Shown: positions 7,699 through 16,126 of the stretch, piece by piece
How the letters are laid out: every line of letters begins with the position of its first letter
Position numbering within the stretch: position 1 is the stretch's first letter
DNA from: Rhizobium phage RHEph16
Direction: 5' to 3' (one strand)
Sequence record: MW980066.1
DNA length: 24,000 nucleotides
Notes under the pieces: generated by a model
Seen by the model: only the letters and a program-made list of their open reading frames with translations
Databases searched by the model: none
Told to the model about the DNA's origin: nothing
Made by a program: the position numbers and the translations under genes

Positions 7699-9735
7699 AT
7701 GACGCAAATTCGCGTTAAAACTATCATTGTCGATGACAACACTGCCACCTTTTGGCTTGAAGACGGTTCACAGTATATTGTGAACCAAGGGGAAGCACGT
7801 CTCCTTCGTATGATTGAGAAGGCTACCCCAATCATCAAGGCTGGTCAGATCGCTGTCATTGATACCGAAGAAGGTGTGGCAGAGGAAGAAGCTTCCTCTA
7901 CTATCTTCTCCAGTTTCGAACAGCGTTCTAATGGGTTTATGCGGTTCTTCCGTGCAGCAAAGGATGCTGTCAAGAACCTCTTCCATACCCATGAAGACGA
8001 TTACTCAAACAAGCAGGTAGCTCCCAAGGTACCAGTTATGGCAATCATGCCTACGGTCTTTGAGGAGTCTGCCAAGCCTCAGGTTCAAGTTGACAAGGGC
8101 ATGTATGCCCCTGCCAAAGAACTTGCTGAGGGTGTGCCTGAACCAGTCAAAGAAATTGAGGAAGAAATCAGACTTCCTGATCTTGCTGTTAAGCCTCTGA
8201 CTTCTGACGTAGTCACCGAAAAGGAGACTGTGGTAGCGGTTCTCCCTAACGGTCGCATCATTCCTGGTATGGAAAACCTCAAGTCTCACCTGGATCATGC
8301 AAAAGATGCAGATCAGGTTGAGGGTATCAAGAAGCTCGTTGAACGTATGTCTGTCATGCTAGATAAGCGTGCACACAGTGTTGACGATCTTCTTAGGTTC
8401 ATGGAACGTGGTGATATGCCTGTTACCATCAATGGTGACATCATCGCCTACAAGGTCCTGAACCATGCCAACAGAGGCAAGCCTAATGGTATCTATGTAG
8501 ACAAGCACTCTGGCAGGGTTCGCCAACGTGTAGGATCTTTTGTCAATGTCCGTGAGGATCTTGTCGATAAGGACCGTCGCAATGAATGCTCTAACGGTCT
8601 GCATGTTGCCCGTCACGGGTATCTATATGCAGGTAGCTTCTCTGCCGATAAGTGCTTCATCATTCTGGTAGCCCCAGAAGACGTTGTAACAGTTCCCCAT
8701 AACGATCCTAATAAGGTTCGCTGCATGGGTTACCATGTCGTTGCTGAGCTTCCTGATGAGGCATACAAGCTGATTAAGAACCGTCAGCCTATCACTCAAA
8801 TCCCTGCAATGAAGGCTCTGCTTGCAGAGATCATCAAGGGGAACCATGTCCCTCGTCTGGAATCTGTCCAGATCAATGGACAATATGGTGCAGATCTGAA
8901 GATCACTCCTCTCGGTACTCGTGAAGAACGAATCAAGTGGAAGTTCGAATCGACTGCTACTGAGGAAGAGATCCAGAAGGCTGAGGCAGTTAAGCACATC
9001 GAAGAGAAAGCTGCTAAGCTCAAGGAGCAGGAAACAGCAGCAAAGATCGATGTGAAGGATCTTGCCAAGAAGGTAGAGGACGTTAAGCCTGAATCCTACG
9101 TGGATCGGGTTCAACGTGCTCTGGATGAGAAGGATGTTCCGTTCATTCAGGAACTGGTCAATAAGAAGCGTAAAGCCAAGAAGGCTTGGATTACCTATGA
9201 TCTAAGCCCTCTCCTTGGTAAAAAGCTTATTGATTTCCTAGCTGAGCAGCAGATCGCTGACAAGGCACCGGAGGTGCCTGAAGTCAAGCAGGATGCTGCA
9301 CCTGAAGCTCCTAAGACCGAACCGGTGAAAGACACTGGCGCTCCTAAAGAACCAAAGGAAGAAGGTCTTTTCACGAAGGCTTATCGTGCAATCGATACCA
9401 AAGACTCTCAGCTTGCCATGGAACTTGTCTCCAAAAAGCGTAAGGCTAAAAAGTCTTGGACTGCTTATGGGCTTAGTGATGAGATTGGTGTAGCTCTAGT
9501 AGAGCTTGCAGGTACCGCTACTCAGGTAGCTACTACTCCTGCTCTTGAACCAGTGGAGGAAGCGGTTCTTGCTGTGACTTCTCCTGATCTCAGTGCTCCG
9601 TCCAAGGATTGGGCTCGTTACTATTACGAAACCAAGAACTGGGAAGCATTGAAGAAACTCAAGAAGGCTAAGAAGGTCAATTGGGTTCGCCTTGGCTTCA
9701 CTCCTGAAGAGATCGAAGAGATCACTAAACACTAA
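7699..9735 (+). CDS. rIIB-like protein
   Basis: MERGDMPVTINGDIIAYKVLNHANRGKPNGIYVDKHSGRVRQRVGSFVNVREDLVDKDRRNECSNGLHVARHGYL is characteristic of phage rIIB proteins; immediately downstream of rIIA-like. Confidence 0.85.
   Translation: MTQIRVKTIIVDDNTATFWLEDGSQYIVNQGEARLLRMIEKATPIIKAGQIAVIDTEEGVAEEEASSTIFSSFEQRSNGFMRFFRAAKDAVKNLFHTHEDDYSNKQVAPKVPVMAIMPTVFEESAKPQVQVDKGMYAPAKELAEGVPEPVKEIEEEIRLPDLAVKPLTSDVVTEKETVVAVLPNGRIIPGMENLKSHLDHAKDADQVEGIKKLVERMSVMLDKRAHSVDDLLRFMERGDMPVTINGDIIAYKVLNHANRGKPNGIYVDKHSGRVRQRVGSFVNVREDLVDKDRRNECSNGLHVARHGYLYAGSFSADKCFIILVAPEDVVTVPHNDPNKVRCMGYHVVAELPDEAYKLIKNRQPITQIPAMKALLAEIIKGNHVPRLESVQINGQYGADLKITPLGTREERIKWKFESTATEEEIQKAEAVKHIEEKAAKLKEQETAAKIDVKDLAKKVEDVKPESYVDRVQRALDEKDVPFIQELVNKKRKAKKAWITYDLSPLLGKKLIDFLAEQQIADKAPEVPEVKQDAAPEAPKTEPVKDTGAPKEPKEEGLFTKAYRAIDTKDSQLAMELVSKKRKAKKSWTAYGLSDEIGVALVELAGTATQVATTPALEPVEEAVLAVTSPDLSAPSKDWARYYYETKNWEALKKLKKAKKVNWVRLGFTPEEIEEITKH
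9101..9735 (+). repeat. three degenerate protein-level repeats in the rIIB-like C-terminus
   Basis: VQRALDEKDVPFIQELVNKKRKAKKAWITYDLSP / AYRAIDTKDSQLAMELVSKKRKAKKSWTAYGLSD / YYETKNWEALKKLKKAKKVNWVRLGFTPEE. Confidence 0.65.
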
Positions 9736-9743
9736 AATTAGAG

Positions 9744-9774
9744 CCCTCCCTGTAATGGGGAGGGTTTCCCTTTC
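9744..9774 (+). terminator. probable Rho-independent terminator after rIIB-like gene
   Basis: CCCTCCC (9744-9750) TGTAATG GGGAGGG (9758-9764) followed by TTTCCCTTT. Confidence 0.6.
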
Positions 9775-9791
9775 CCTCGTGAGTAATACGC

Positions 9792-10034
9792 ATGACAGAT
9801 AACAATAATACTAAGAAGCTTGCAAAGATCATTAACCTTCTAAACTTCGATTGGAAATCCAGACCTCATCTGGTTAATCGAATTACTCAGATTGAGAAGG
9901 TTACTGTTTTCGATGAAGCAGGACAACCTACTGAGAAAGAAGTAGAATTCTTTATCTCTACTGAAACCATGGAAAAACTGTGCAAACTGCTGCGTGAGCA
10001 AGCAGGACTACCCACGGTACATTCCAGTGAGTAA
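9792..10034 (+). CDS. small hypothetical protein
   Basis: 80-aa ORF with ATG start just downstream of the terminator. Confidence 0.6.
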   Translation: MTDNNNTKKLAKIINLLNFDWKSRPHLVNRITQIEKVTVFDEAGQPTEKEVEFFISTETMEKLCKLLREQAGLPTVHSSE

Positions 10035-10458
10035 AAGCTCAGGGTTTCGATACGAGTTGGGGGAACTCGTTACATGGTGCCAACGTGCAGAAAATTTATG
10101 CAGAACCAATGAGGATAGGCTTGCGGTTCTGGACTCGTTTCTCCGGGGTGTAGAAGACCTCCGAACAAAGTACGGGCTCAACAAAACGAAGCTCGGTCGC
10201 TCTTATAAAAGGAAGAAAATACGTGACGACAGAAAACACCCTGAATCAGACGCTTCTCTGGTTCCAGAAGGCAGTACCAAATCCGCAACCCAAAAATGTG
10301 AGTACCCAGGTGGGTGTCCACTTCGAGGAGGTTGCCGAAATGCTTGCTACGCTCGACAGCAAGGACATGGAGACGCATCAGGCAATGCTGATGGCAGAGA
10401 CTGCCCTCAAGCACCTTTCCAAGCTCCTGAAGGAACGTGGGGCTCTCCTGATCGATGA
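9994..10458 (+). CDS. hypothetical protein with long out-of-frame overlap into the next gene (exact extent uncertain)
   Basis: 154-aa open frame. The first ~80 residues look protein-like; the remainder (after ~10222) overlaps the MazG-like gene by 236 nt in another frame and looks low-quality. GTG starts at 9994 or ~10028. Confidence 0.4.
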   Translation: MSKQDYPRYIPVSKSSGFRYELGELVTWCQRAENLCRTNEDRLAVLDSFLRGVEDLRTKYGLNKTKLGRSYKRKKIRDDRKHPESDASLVPEGSTKSATQKCEYPGGCPLRGGCRNACYARQQGHGDASGNADGRDCPQAPFQAPEGTWGSPDR

Positions 10459-10672
10459 TCGCTATGAATTTGCCGATTCCATCGGTGATCAGCTAGTGAC
10501 AGCGGTAGGCTCAGCGCATATGCTGGGCATGAATGCTGTTGATATCCTCAGGGAGGTTAACCGTTCTAACTTTTCCAAATTCGATGAAAATGGTAATCCC
10601 ATTTTCGACCAGAACCTGAAGGTGATGAAAGGCCCCTTGTATAGCAAGGTGGATCTGAAACCGTTCATCTGA
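10223..10672 (+). CDS. MazG-like nucleotide pyrophosphohydrolase-like protein
   Basis: FEEVAEML, DSIGDQLVTAVGSAHMLGMNAVDILREVNRSNFSKFDENGNPIFDQNLKVMKGPLYSKVDLKPFI matches the helical MazG/PRA-PH-like C-terminal pattern of phage proteins. GTG 10223 with AAGGAAG upstream. Confidence 0.65.
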   Translation: MTTENTLNQTLLWFQKAVPNPQPKNVSTQVGVHFEEVAEMLATLDSKDMETHQAMLMAETALKHLSKLLKERGALLIDDRYEFADSIGDQLVTAVGSAHMLGMNAVDILREVNRSNFSKFDENGNPIFDQNLKVMKGPLYSKVDLKPFI

Positions 10673-10706
10673 TCTCCTCTCGCTGCTCGGAGAGTTGAGG
10701 TCGATA

Positions 10707-10747
10707 GGGGGTTGTTGGAGTCGTCGCCAGCAACCCCCATTAATTTT
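10707..10747 (+). terminator. strong probable Rho-independent terminator
   Basis: GGGGGTTGTTGG (10707-10718) / CCAGCAACCCCC (10727-10738), 12-bp stem with one G-U, followed by ATTAATTTT. Confidence 0.7.
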
Positions 10748-10758
10748 GTGAGGAAAAC

Positions 10759-12075
10759 ATGACAGACACCTTTACCCCTAACGTGGGGCAAGCAGACGCC
10801 ATTGATAAATTCATGGGGTTTCTATTCCAGCCTACGGTTGGCTTTAACATTTCCGGTCCAGCAGGTACCGGTAAAACTGCTACGATGAAACATTTCATCG
10901 ATAAAACCATTCCTGCTTACCAGGAAACCTGCAAACTCATGGGTATCAAGCCTGAGTTTGAGGAAGTGGTTATGACTGCCACAACGAATAAGGCAGCAGA
11001 AGTGCTCTCAAGAGCCACCAAATATCCCACCCAAACAATTCATTCGTTCCTTAATCTGAAGGTAACCGAGGATTATTCGAACGGTACAATGCGTCTTACT
11101 AAGACCACCGGTTTCAGGGTACATGGAAGAAAGATCATCTTTGTTGATGAGGCTTCTATGGTAGACACCTCTCTGTTTAACTTCCTTCAGGAAGGTACTG
11201 AGAAGTGTAAGATCGTCTTCGTAGGAGACATGGATCAGCTTTCTCCAATTTATGAGAAACTTTCCCCTGCTTATACCCAAGGCTATGAAACTGTAGAGCT
11301 TACAGAGCAGATGCGTAATAACACGCAACCTGCCCTCATGGACCTCTGTGCACAACTTCGTGAGACTGTTAGGACAGGTGTCTTCAAGCCTATCAAGCTT
11401 GTTAGCGGTGTCATTGACTACATTGGTTCGGATGAAGAACTGATGCAGGGTCTTAACTACCTCTTCAAGGAACCAACCAAGGATCACCGAGTCCTCGCCT
11501 ATACGAATGCTCGTGTACGTGCTTACAATCATGAGATTCGTAAGCTTCGTGGTCTCTCTGAAGAGTTCACTCTTGGTGAAACCCTAATCGCTAACCAACC
11601 TTTCAAGGCATCGAACGGTGTTCAGTTCTCTGCTGAGGAAGAGGTAAAGATCACTCGTATCACCAAGCAACATGAAGAAATTGAGATCATTCCAAACGTT
11701 AAGTTTAAATACAACGTCTGCGATGTATCCAACTTCTTTGGCGATACGATTCGTGATCTCAAGATTCCAGTAGATATGGAACACTATTACGAGATCATTA
11801 AGTATTTCGCCAGAGAGAAGAACTGGACTCAATACTTCAATATGAAGACTCTTTATCCAGATCTTCGTACTCGTGATGCAGCAACTACGCATAAAGCTCA
11901 AGGATCTACCTATGAATCGGTGATCATCGATTTGGATGATATCTCTTCTTGCAGGGATCCAGATCAAGCAGCACGTCTGCTTTATGTGGCATTTTCCCGA
12001 GCCAAGGAACGAGTTTATATCCGGGGAGACCTTGCCGCCAAGTTTGGGGGTCTCGATGGTAGTTCGTACTATTAA
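10759..12075 (+). CDS. Dda-like SF1 DNA helicase
   Basis: ISGPAGTGKTATMK (Walker A), TATTNKAAEVL, IIFVDEASMVD, VFVGDMDQLSP (Walker B/III), THKAQGSTYESVIID, LLYVAFSRAKERV (motif VI). Confidence 0.9.
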   Translation: MTDTFTPNVGQADAIDKFMGFLFQPTVGFNISGPAGTGKTATMKHFIDKTIPAYQETCKLMGIKPEFEEVVMTATTNKAAEVLSRATKYPTQTIHSFLNLKVTEDYSNGTMRLTKTTGFRVHGRKIIFVDEASMVDTSLFNFLQEGTEKCKIVFVGDMDQLSPIYEKLSPAYTQGYETVELTEQMRNNTQPALMDLCAQLRETVRTGVFKPIKLVSGVIDYIGSDEELMQGLNYLFKEPTKDHRVLAYTNARVRAYNHEIRKLRGLSEEFTLGETLIANQPFKASNGVQFSAEEEVKITRITKQHEEIEIIPNVKFKYNVCDVSNFFGDTIRDLKIPVDMEHYYEIIKYFAREKNWTQYFNMKTLYPDLRTRDAATTHKAQGSTYESVIIDLDDISSCRDPDQAARLLYVAFSRAKERVYIRGDLAAKFGGLDGSSYY

Positions 12076-12577
12076 CTCACAATACTACATCAACACAATT
12101 GTTGGTGCTCTGGTCACACCAGACGAAGATCGTCTAAAAGCTCTCTCCCATAAACTGGTTCAAAAGAATGCAGCATTGGGAATGAAACCAGATGGTTTCT
12201 TCTACAAGGGTCGAGTCTTCTATAACGTAGACCCTAAGCTTTATAGCATGGCTTCCAAAGGAAATTTGCATCCGTCTCTTTACGAGGAGGCGGATCTGGT
12301 AGTAAGGCAGTTCGACAAGGTAGCAAAAGACTCGGATTACATCCGTCAGTTCTTGGCTCTCTCTTTCATCGCTATTAACGTCAATTCCATGAAGCAGTGG
12401 AATCTTCAGGATCTTCGGGATGTTCTCTGTGAAGGTGTCATTGATTTGGTACCTGAACTGAGAGCACTCCCAAGGACTCGTCCTGAGGGATATTGCATCA
12501 CCAAGGATCAACGTGAGCAGTGGGAAAAGCGTAAAGCTATTGTCGAAGAATACATTGCAATGAGGTTCTTTATATAA
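12056..12577 (+). CDS. hypothetical protein
   Basis: Frame open to TGA 12577; ATG 12056 (MVVRTINSQYYINTIVG) gives a 20-nt overlap with the helicase gene. The longer track start at 11936 is less likely. Confidence 0.6.
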   Translation: MVVRTINSQYYINTIVGALVTPDEDRLKALSHKLVQKNAALGMKPDGFFYKGRVFYNVDPKLYSMASKGNLHPSLYEEADLVVRQFDKVAKDSDYIRQFLALSFIAINVNSMKQWNLQDLRDVLCEGVIDLVPELRALPRTRPEGYCITKDQREQWEKRKAIVEEYIAMRFFI

Positions 12578-15150
12578 TGAAGTACCACACTTGGAACCAA
12601 GGAGGGGGCGGATATCCTATCTGCCTCCTGGTTCAAGAAATCAGAGATGACGAGTTACAACGTGCTTATCTGGATCCCTTTAATCTTAACCCTGATGGTG
12701 TGCTCGTTATTGAGCAGCATCGTAATCCTGAGGTTAAGAAAACATCTCAAAAGGAAATCAAAGCATGGATTCAGGAAGAACTGAAAGAAGTTCTAACTGA
12801 GCAGCAGGTTAAATACCTTGTCGTAGACCAAGCTGAATACTTCAAAGTCCTCACCAAACAATCCAATGCTGAACCTTGGTTCGGATATGTAATGGATTCT
12901 ATATATGGTGACTTTAAAGTCATTTATGTGCCTTCTTTCAGATCTATCTTTTATGATCCAGACAAGAGAAAAGCACAGATCAAACTTGGTTTTGATGCTT
13001 TAATTTCCCATGCTCTAGGGCAGTACGAGGAACCAGGGACAGGGATTATTGGTCATGCGAGATACCCCAAATACGTCCAAGAAATCCAAGAATTCCTTGA
13101 CTACCTTCTCACCAATTACACCATCCTCACTGCTGACATTGAAGGCTTCGGTCTCAAGCATTACGATAGCGGTATCGGCACCATCGCTTTTGCGTGGAAT
13201 GAACGAGAAGGAGGATCCTTCCCCATTGACCTTCTTGAAGAAGGTTCAGGAGAAGCTAGACACATTCTACGGGATTTCTTTATCAAATTCCGAGCCAAAG
13301 GTGGTAAGCTCATTTGGCACCATATATCCTTTGACGTCTATGTCCTCATCTATCAACTCTTTATGGATGACCTACTGGACACAGAAGGTCTTCTCAGAGG
13401 AATGGATATCCTCCTTCATAATTGGGATGACACCAAACTTATCACCTATCTGGCAACGAATAGCTGTGCTGGAAATGATCTAGGTCTCAAAGCCCAAGCC
13501 CAAGAATATGCTGGCAACTATGCCGTGGAAGAGATCAAGGATATCACCAAGATCCCCCTCCCAGACCTACTCCAATACAATCTGGTGGATGCTCTATCCA
13601 CTTGGTATGTTTACAATAAACATTACCAGACAATGGTTAATGATCAGCAGTTGGAGATCTATGAAACGATCTTTAAACCTGCCATCAAAGACATTGTTCA
13701 GATGCAGTTGACCGGTCTTCCTGTCAACATGAAGAGGGTCTATGAAGTCAAAGCAATCCTTGAATCGGACGAAGCTAAGGCTATCACGAAAATTCGGTCC
13801 CATCCCGTTGTATCTCAATACATCGCCGTGCGTAATGAGCGCTGGGTCATTGAGAGAAACGCAAAGCTCAAGAAGAAGCAAGTCACTCTTGCAGACGCTA
13901 ACGAGACGTTTAATCCGGGTTCGAATGATCAGCTCGCTGAAGTCCTCTACGATCTTCTGGGTCTACCAGTTCTCGAACGAACCAACTCAGGTGCTCCGGG
14001 AACCGGACAAGATGTCATTAAGAAACTTAGAGCTTATACGGAAGATCCAACAACACTATCATTCCTGGAAGGACTGATTGAATACGCTGAAGTCAGTATT
14101 CTGCTCAGCACATTCATTCCAGCATTTGAAAAAGCGAGGCAAGGTCCCGATGGTTGGCATTATTTGTTTGGTAATTTCAACCTCGGCGGTACTGTTTCTG
14201 GACGTTTGTCTAGCAATGGACCAAATCTCCAAAACCTTCCCGCAACTGGATCACGGTATGCGAAGCTTATTAAGACTATCTTTAGTGCTCCTAGAGGGTG
14301 GCTTTTTGTTGGTCTCGATTTTGCTTCTCTTGAAGACCGTATCTCTGCCTTAACCACCAAAGATCCACAGAAACTGAAGGTATATACCGATGGGTATGAT
14401 GGACATTGCCTTAGGGCTCATGCTTACTTTGGAGACCGTATGCCTGATATTGATCCTTCTTCTGTTGAATCCATCAACTCGATCAAGGACAAATACCCAG
14501 CAGAGAGGCAGGACTCCAAAGTTCCTACGTTCAGTCTCACGTATGCTGGTACGTATATCACCATCATGGCTTCATGTGGCTTCACGCGCGAGTTGGCTCA
14601 ACAGATCGAGCGTAATTATCACGTTCTGTACGCTCATAGTGATAAGTGGGTTGCTGACAAACTCGATGCAGCCTCTCGTGACGGTTATGTTACTGTTGCT
14701 TTTGGGCTGCGTGTTCGTACTCCTCTTCTTGCTCAGGTTATCAGAGGTGTTAAAGGAACCCCACACGAAGCCAACGCAGAAGGAAGAACAGCAGGAAACG
14801 CATTAGGTCAATCCTGGTGCTTGCTCAACTCTAGAGCAGGCTCTGAATTCATGGGTAAGGTCAGAAACTCTGAGTACAGACTTGATATCAAGCCTTGTGC
14901 ACAGATCCATGATGCAAACTATCTGCTCATTAGAGATAATCTTGATGTACTTATGTACACCAATGAGCATCTCGTTAAGGCGGCAGAGTGGCAGGATCAT
15001 CCCGATATCAGGCACCCTGATGTAGGACTTGGTGGAGAAGTTAGTATCTTCTACCCCGACTGGTCTAAGGAAATCGTAATCCCCAATGGGGCAACCAAAG
15101 AGATCATCGAACAGAAGATCTCCAAACACATGGAAAAACTAGCAGCATGA
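12577..15150 (+). CDS. family A DNA polymerase with 3'-5' exonuclease domain
   Basis: ExoI LTADIEGFGL, ExoII WHHISFDVYVL, ExoIII YNLVDALSTWYVY; FNLGGTVSGRLSSNGPNLQNLP; motif A GLDFASLEDRISA; motif B RQDSKVPTFSLTYAG; motif C CAQIHDANYLL. Confidence 0.92.
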   Translation: MKYHTWNQGGGGYPICLLVQEIRDDELQRAYLDPFNLNPDGVLVIEQHRNPEVKKTSQKEIKAWIQEELKEVLTEQQVKYLVVDQAEYFKVLTKQSNAEPWFGYVMDSIYGDFKVIYVPSFRSIFYDPDKRKAQIKLGFDALISHALGQYEEPGTGIIGHARYPKYVQEIQEFLDYLLTNYTILTADIEGFGLKHYDSGIGTIAFAWNEREGGSFPIDLLEEGSGEARHILRDFFIKFRAKGGKLIWHHISFDVYVLIYQLFMDDLLDTEGLLRGMDILLHNWDDTKLITYLATNSCAGNDLGLKAQAQEYAGNYAVEEIKDITKIPLPDLLQYNLVDALSTWYVYNKHYQTMVNDQQLEIYETIFKPAIKDIVQMQLTGLPVNMKRVYEVKAILESDEAKAITKIRSHPVVSQYIAVRNERWVIERNAKLKKKQVTLADANETFNPGSNDQLAEVLYDLLGLPVLERTNSGAPGTGQDVIKKLRAYTEDPTTLSFLEGLIEYAEVSILLSTFIPAFEKARQGPDGWHYLFGNFNLGGTVSGRLSSNGPNLQNLPATGSRYAKLIKTIFSAPRGWLFVGLDFASLEDRISALTTKDPQKLKVYTDGYDGHCLRAHAYFGDRMPDIDPSSVESINSIKDKYPAERQDSKVPTFSLTYAGTYITIMASCGFTRELAQQIERNYHVLYAHSDKWVADKLDAASRDGYVTVAFGLRVRTPLLAQVIRGVKGTPHEANAEGRTAGNALGQSWCLLNSRAGSEFMGKVRNSEYRLDIKPCAQIHDANYLLIRDNLDVLMYTNEHLVKAAEWQDHPDIRHPDVGLGGEVSIFYPDWSKEIVIPNGATKEIIEQKISKHMEKLAA

Positions 15151-15518
15151 CAAGCATCAAAGCACCGGTAAAACGTAAGCATTTTCGCTTCTGGGCTGGC
15201 GAAGTCACCATGGTTATTGATGGTGGTAATGGGGAGCTTGCTCCCCTCACCGTCAAGACCAATTGCATGACCGTCGTAGGAGATAAGGACAAGCTCCTGC
15301 CTAACGACATTGCCAAAGCACAGCAAACCCTCCAGGTCACCGTTTATAAGACTATGGGCGACGAGTTTTCCAAGGTTAAGGATGTCATTGCCGTAACCAT
15401 TTTGTTCAGTACTTATATGGGTTATCTGAGCGATGAGGAACTCAAGATCACAACCCAACAGCAAGAAGTAGAGGCTAAGGAGCCCCCTGCTGCTGCAAAC
15501 GATCCGTACTCCAAATGA
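15147..15518 (+). CDS. hypothetical protein
   Basis: 123-aa ORF, ATGA overlaps at both ends within the replication operon. Confidence 0.65.
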   Translation: MTSIKAPVKRKHFRFWAGEVTMVIDGGNGELAPLTVKTNCMTVVGDKDKLLPNDIAKAQQTLQVTVYKTMGDEFSKVKDVIAVTILFSTYMGYLSDEELKITTQQQEVEAKEPPAAANDPYSK

Positions 15519-16057
15519 AGAATGTGATCATCATTAATGGGTATCCTCAATCAGGCAAGGATACCTTTGCAAACATGGTCCTTGAGTACCTGATTACTTA
15601 TGATCTCTGGGGATCTAATATTTCTTCAATCAAACCTGTATGGGACATGCTGAAGGATCAAGGCATTCCAATGGATAATAAAACTCCAGCGGAACGTGCT
15701 TTGGCAGCAGAAGTGAAAGGAGCATTGAATCGCTATAATCGCTATGCGGATCGAATGGCATGCTCCGAAGTTCTAAGGAGTTTTCCTCCAGAAACAGGTT
15801 GGGTTTTCAAACATGGTGTGACTTTTCTACACATCCGTGAACCTGAATCCATTGCCTTCTGTAAACAGGTGTTGTCCACAAACAACGTAACTACTCAAAC
15901 CCTGTTTATTGATCGTTCTGATGCCAATAGAAACATGGGTAATCCTGTGGACGAGGGTGTTGAAAACTACATCTACGACTTTCGGATTACTAACAGTGGT
16001 AGCTTGGATGACTTCAAGGCACAAGCTATTGAGTTTGCTAAGAAATTTCTCGTTTAA
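15515..16057 (+). CDS. deoxynucleoside monophosphate kinase-like P-loop protein
   Basis: MKNVIIINGYPQSGKDTFANMV (Walker A with GKD[ST]), GVTFLHIREPESI, TLFIDRSDANRN. Confidence 0.6.
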   Translation: MKNVIIINGYPQSGKDTFANMVLEYLITYDLWGSNISSIKPVWDMLKDQGIPMDNKTPAERALAAEVKGALNRYNRYADRMACSEVLRSFPPETGWVFKHGVTFLHIREPESIAFCKQVLSTNNVTTQTLFIDRSDANRNMGNPVDEGVENYIYDFRITNSGSLDDFKAQAIEFAKKFLV

Positions 16058-16079
16058 GAGAGATTTTCCTTGAACCAAA

Positions 16080-16109
16080 GAGGGAAGGGGGATACACCGT
16101 CCTTCCCTC
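16080..16109 (+). promoter_or_regulatory. intergenic hairpin
   Basis: Perfect 9-bp arms GAGGGAAGG (16080-16088) / CCTTCCCTC (16101-16109), 12-nt loop, no T tract; directly upstream of ATG 16127. Confidence 0.5.
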
Positions 16110-16126
16110 AATTAAGGGCATCTCCA

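Noticed and set aside
11008-12511. Minus-strand ORFs 11008-11532, 11584-11967 and 12134-12511
   Set aside because: They lie opposite well-supported helicase and downstream coding sequence and show no recognisable motifs.
14803-15464. Minus-strand ORFs 14803-15129 and 15051-15464
   Set aside because: Antisense to polymerase motif C region and the following small gene; considered shadow ORFs.
16070-16126. TTG start at 16070 for the nuclease
   Set aside because: It would translate through the 9-bp hairpin; ATG 16127 with an upstream AAGGG is more plausible.
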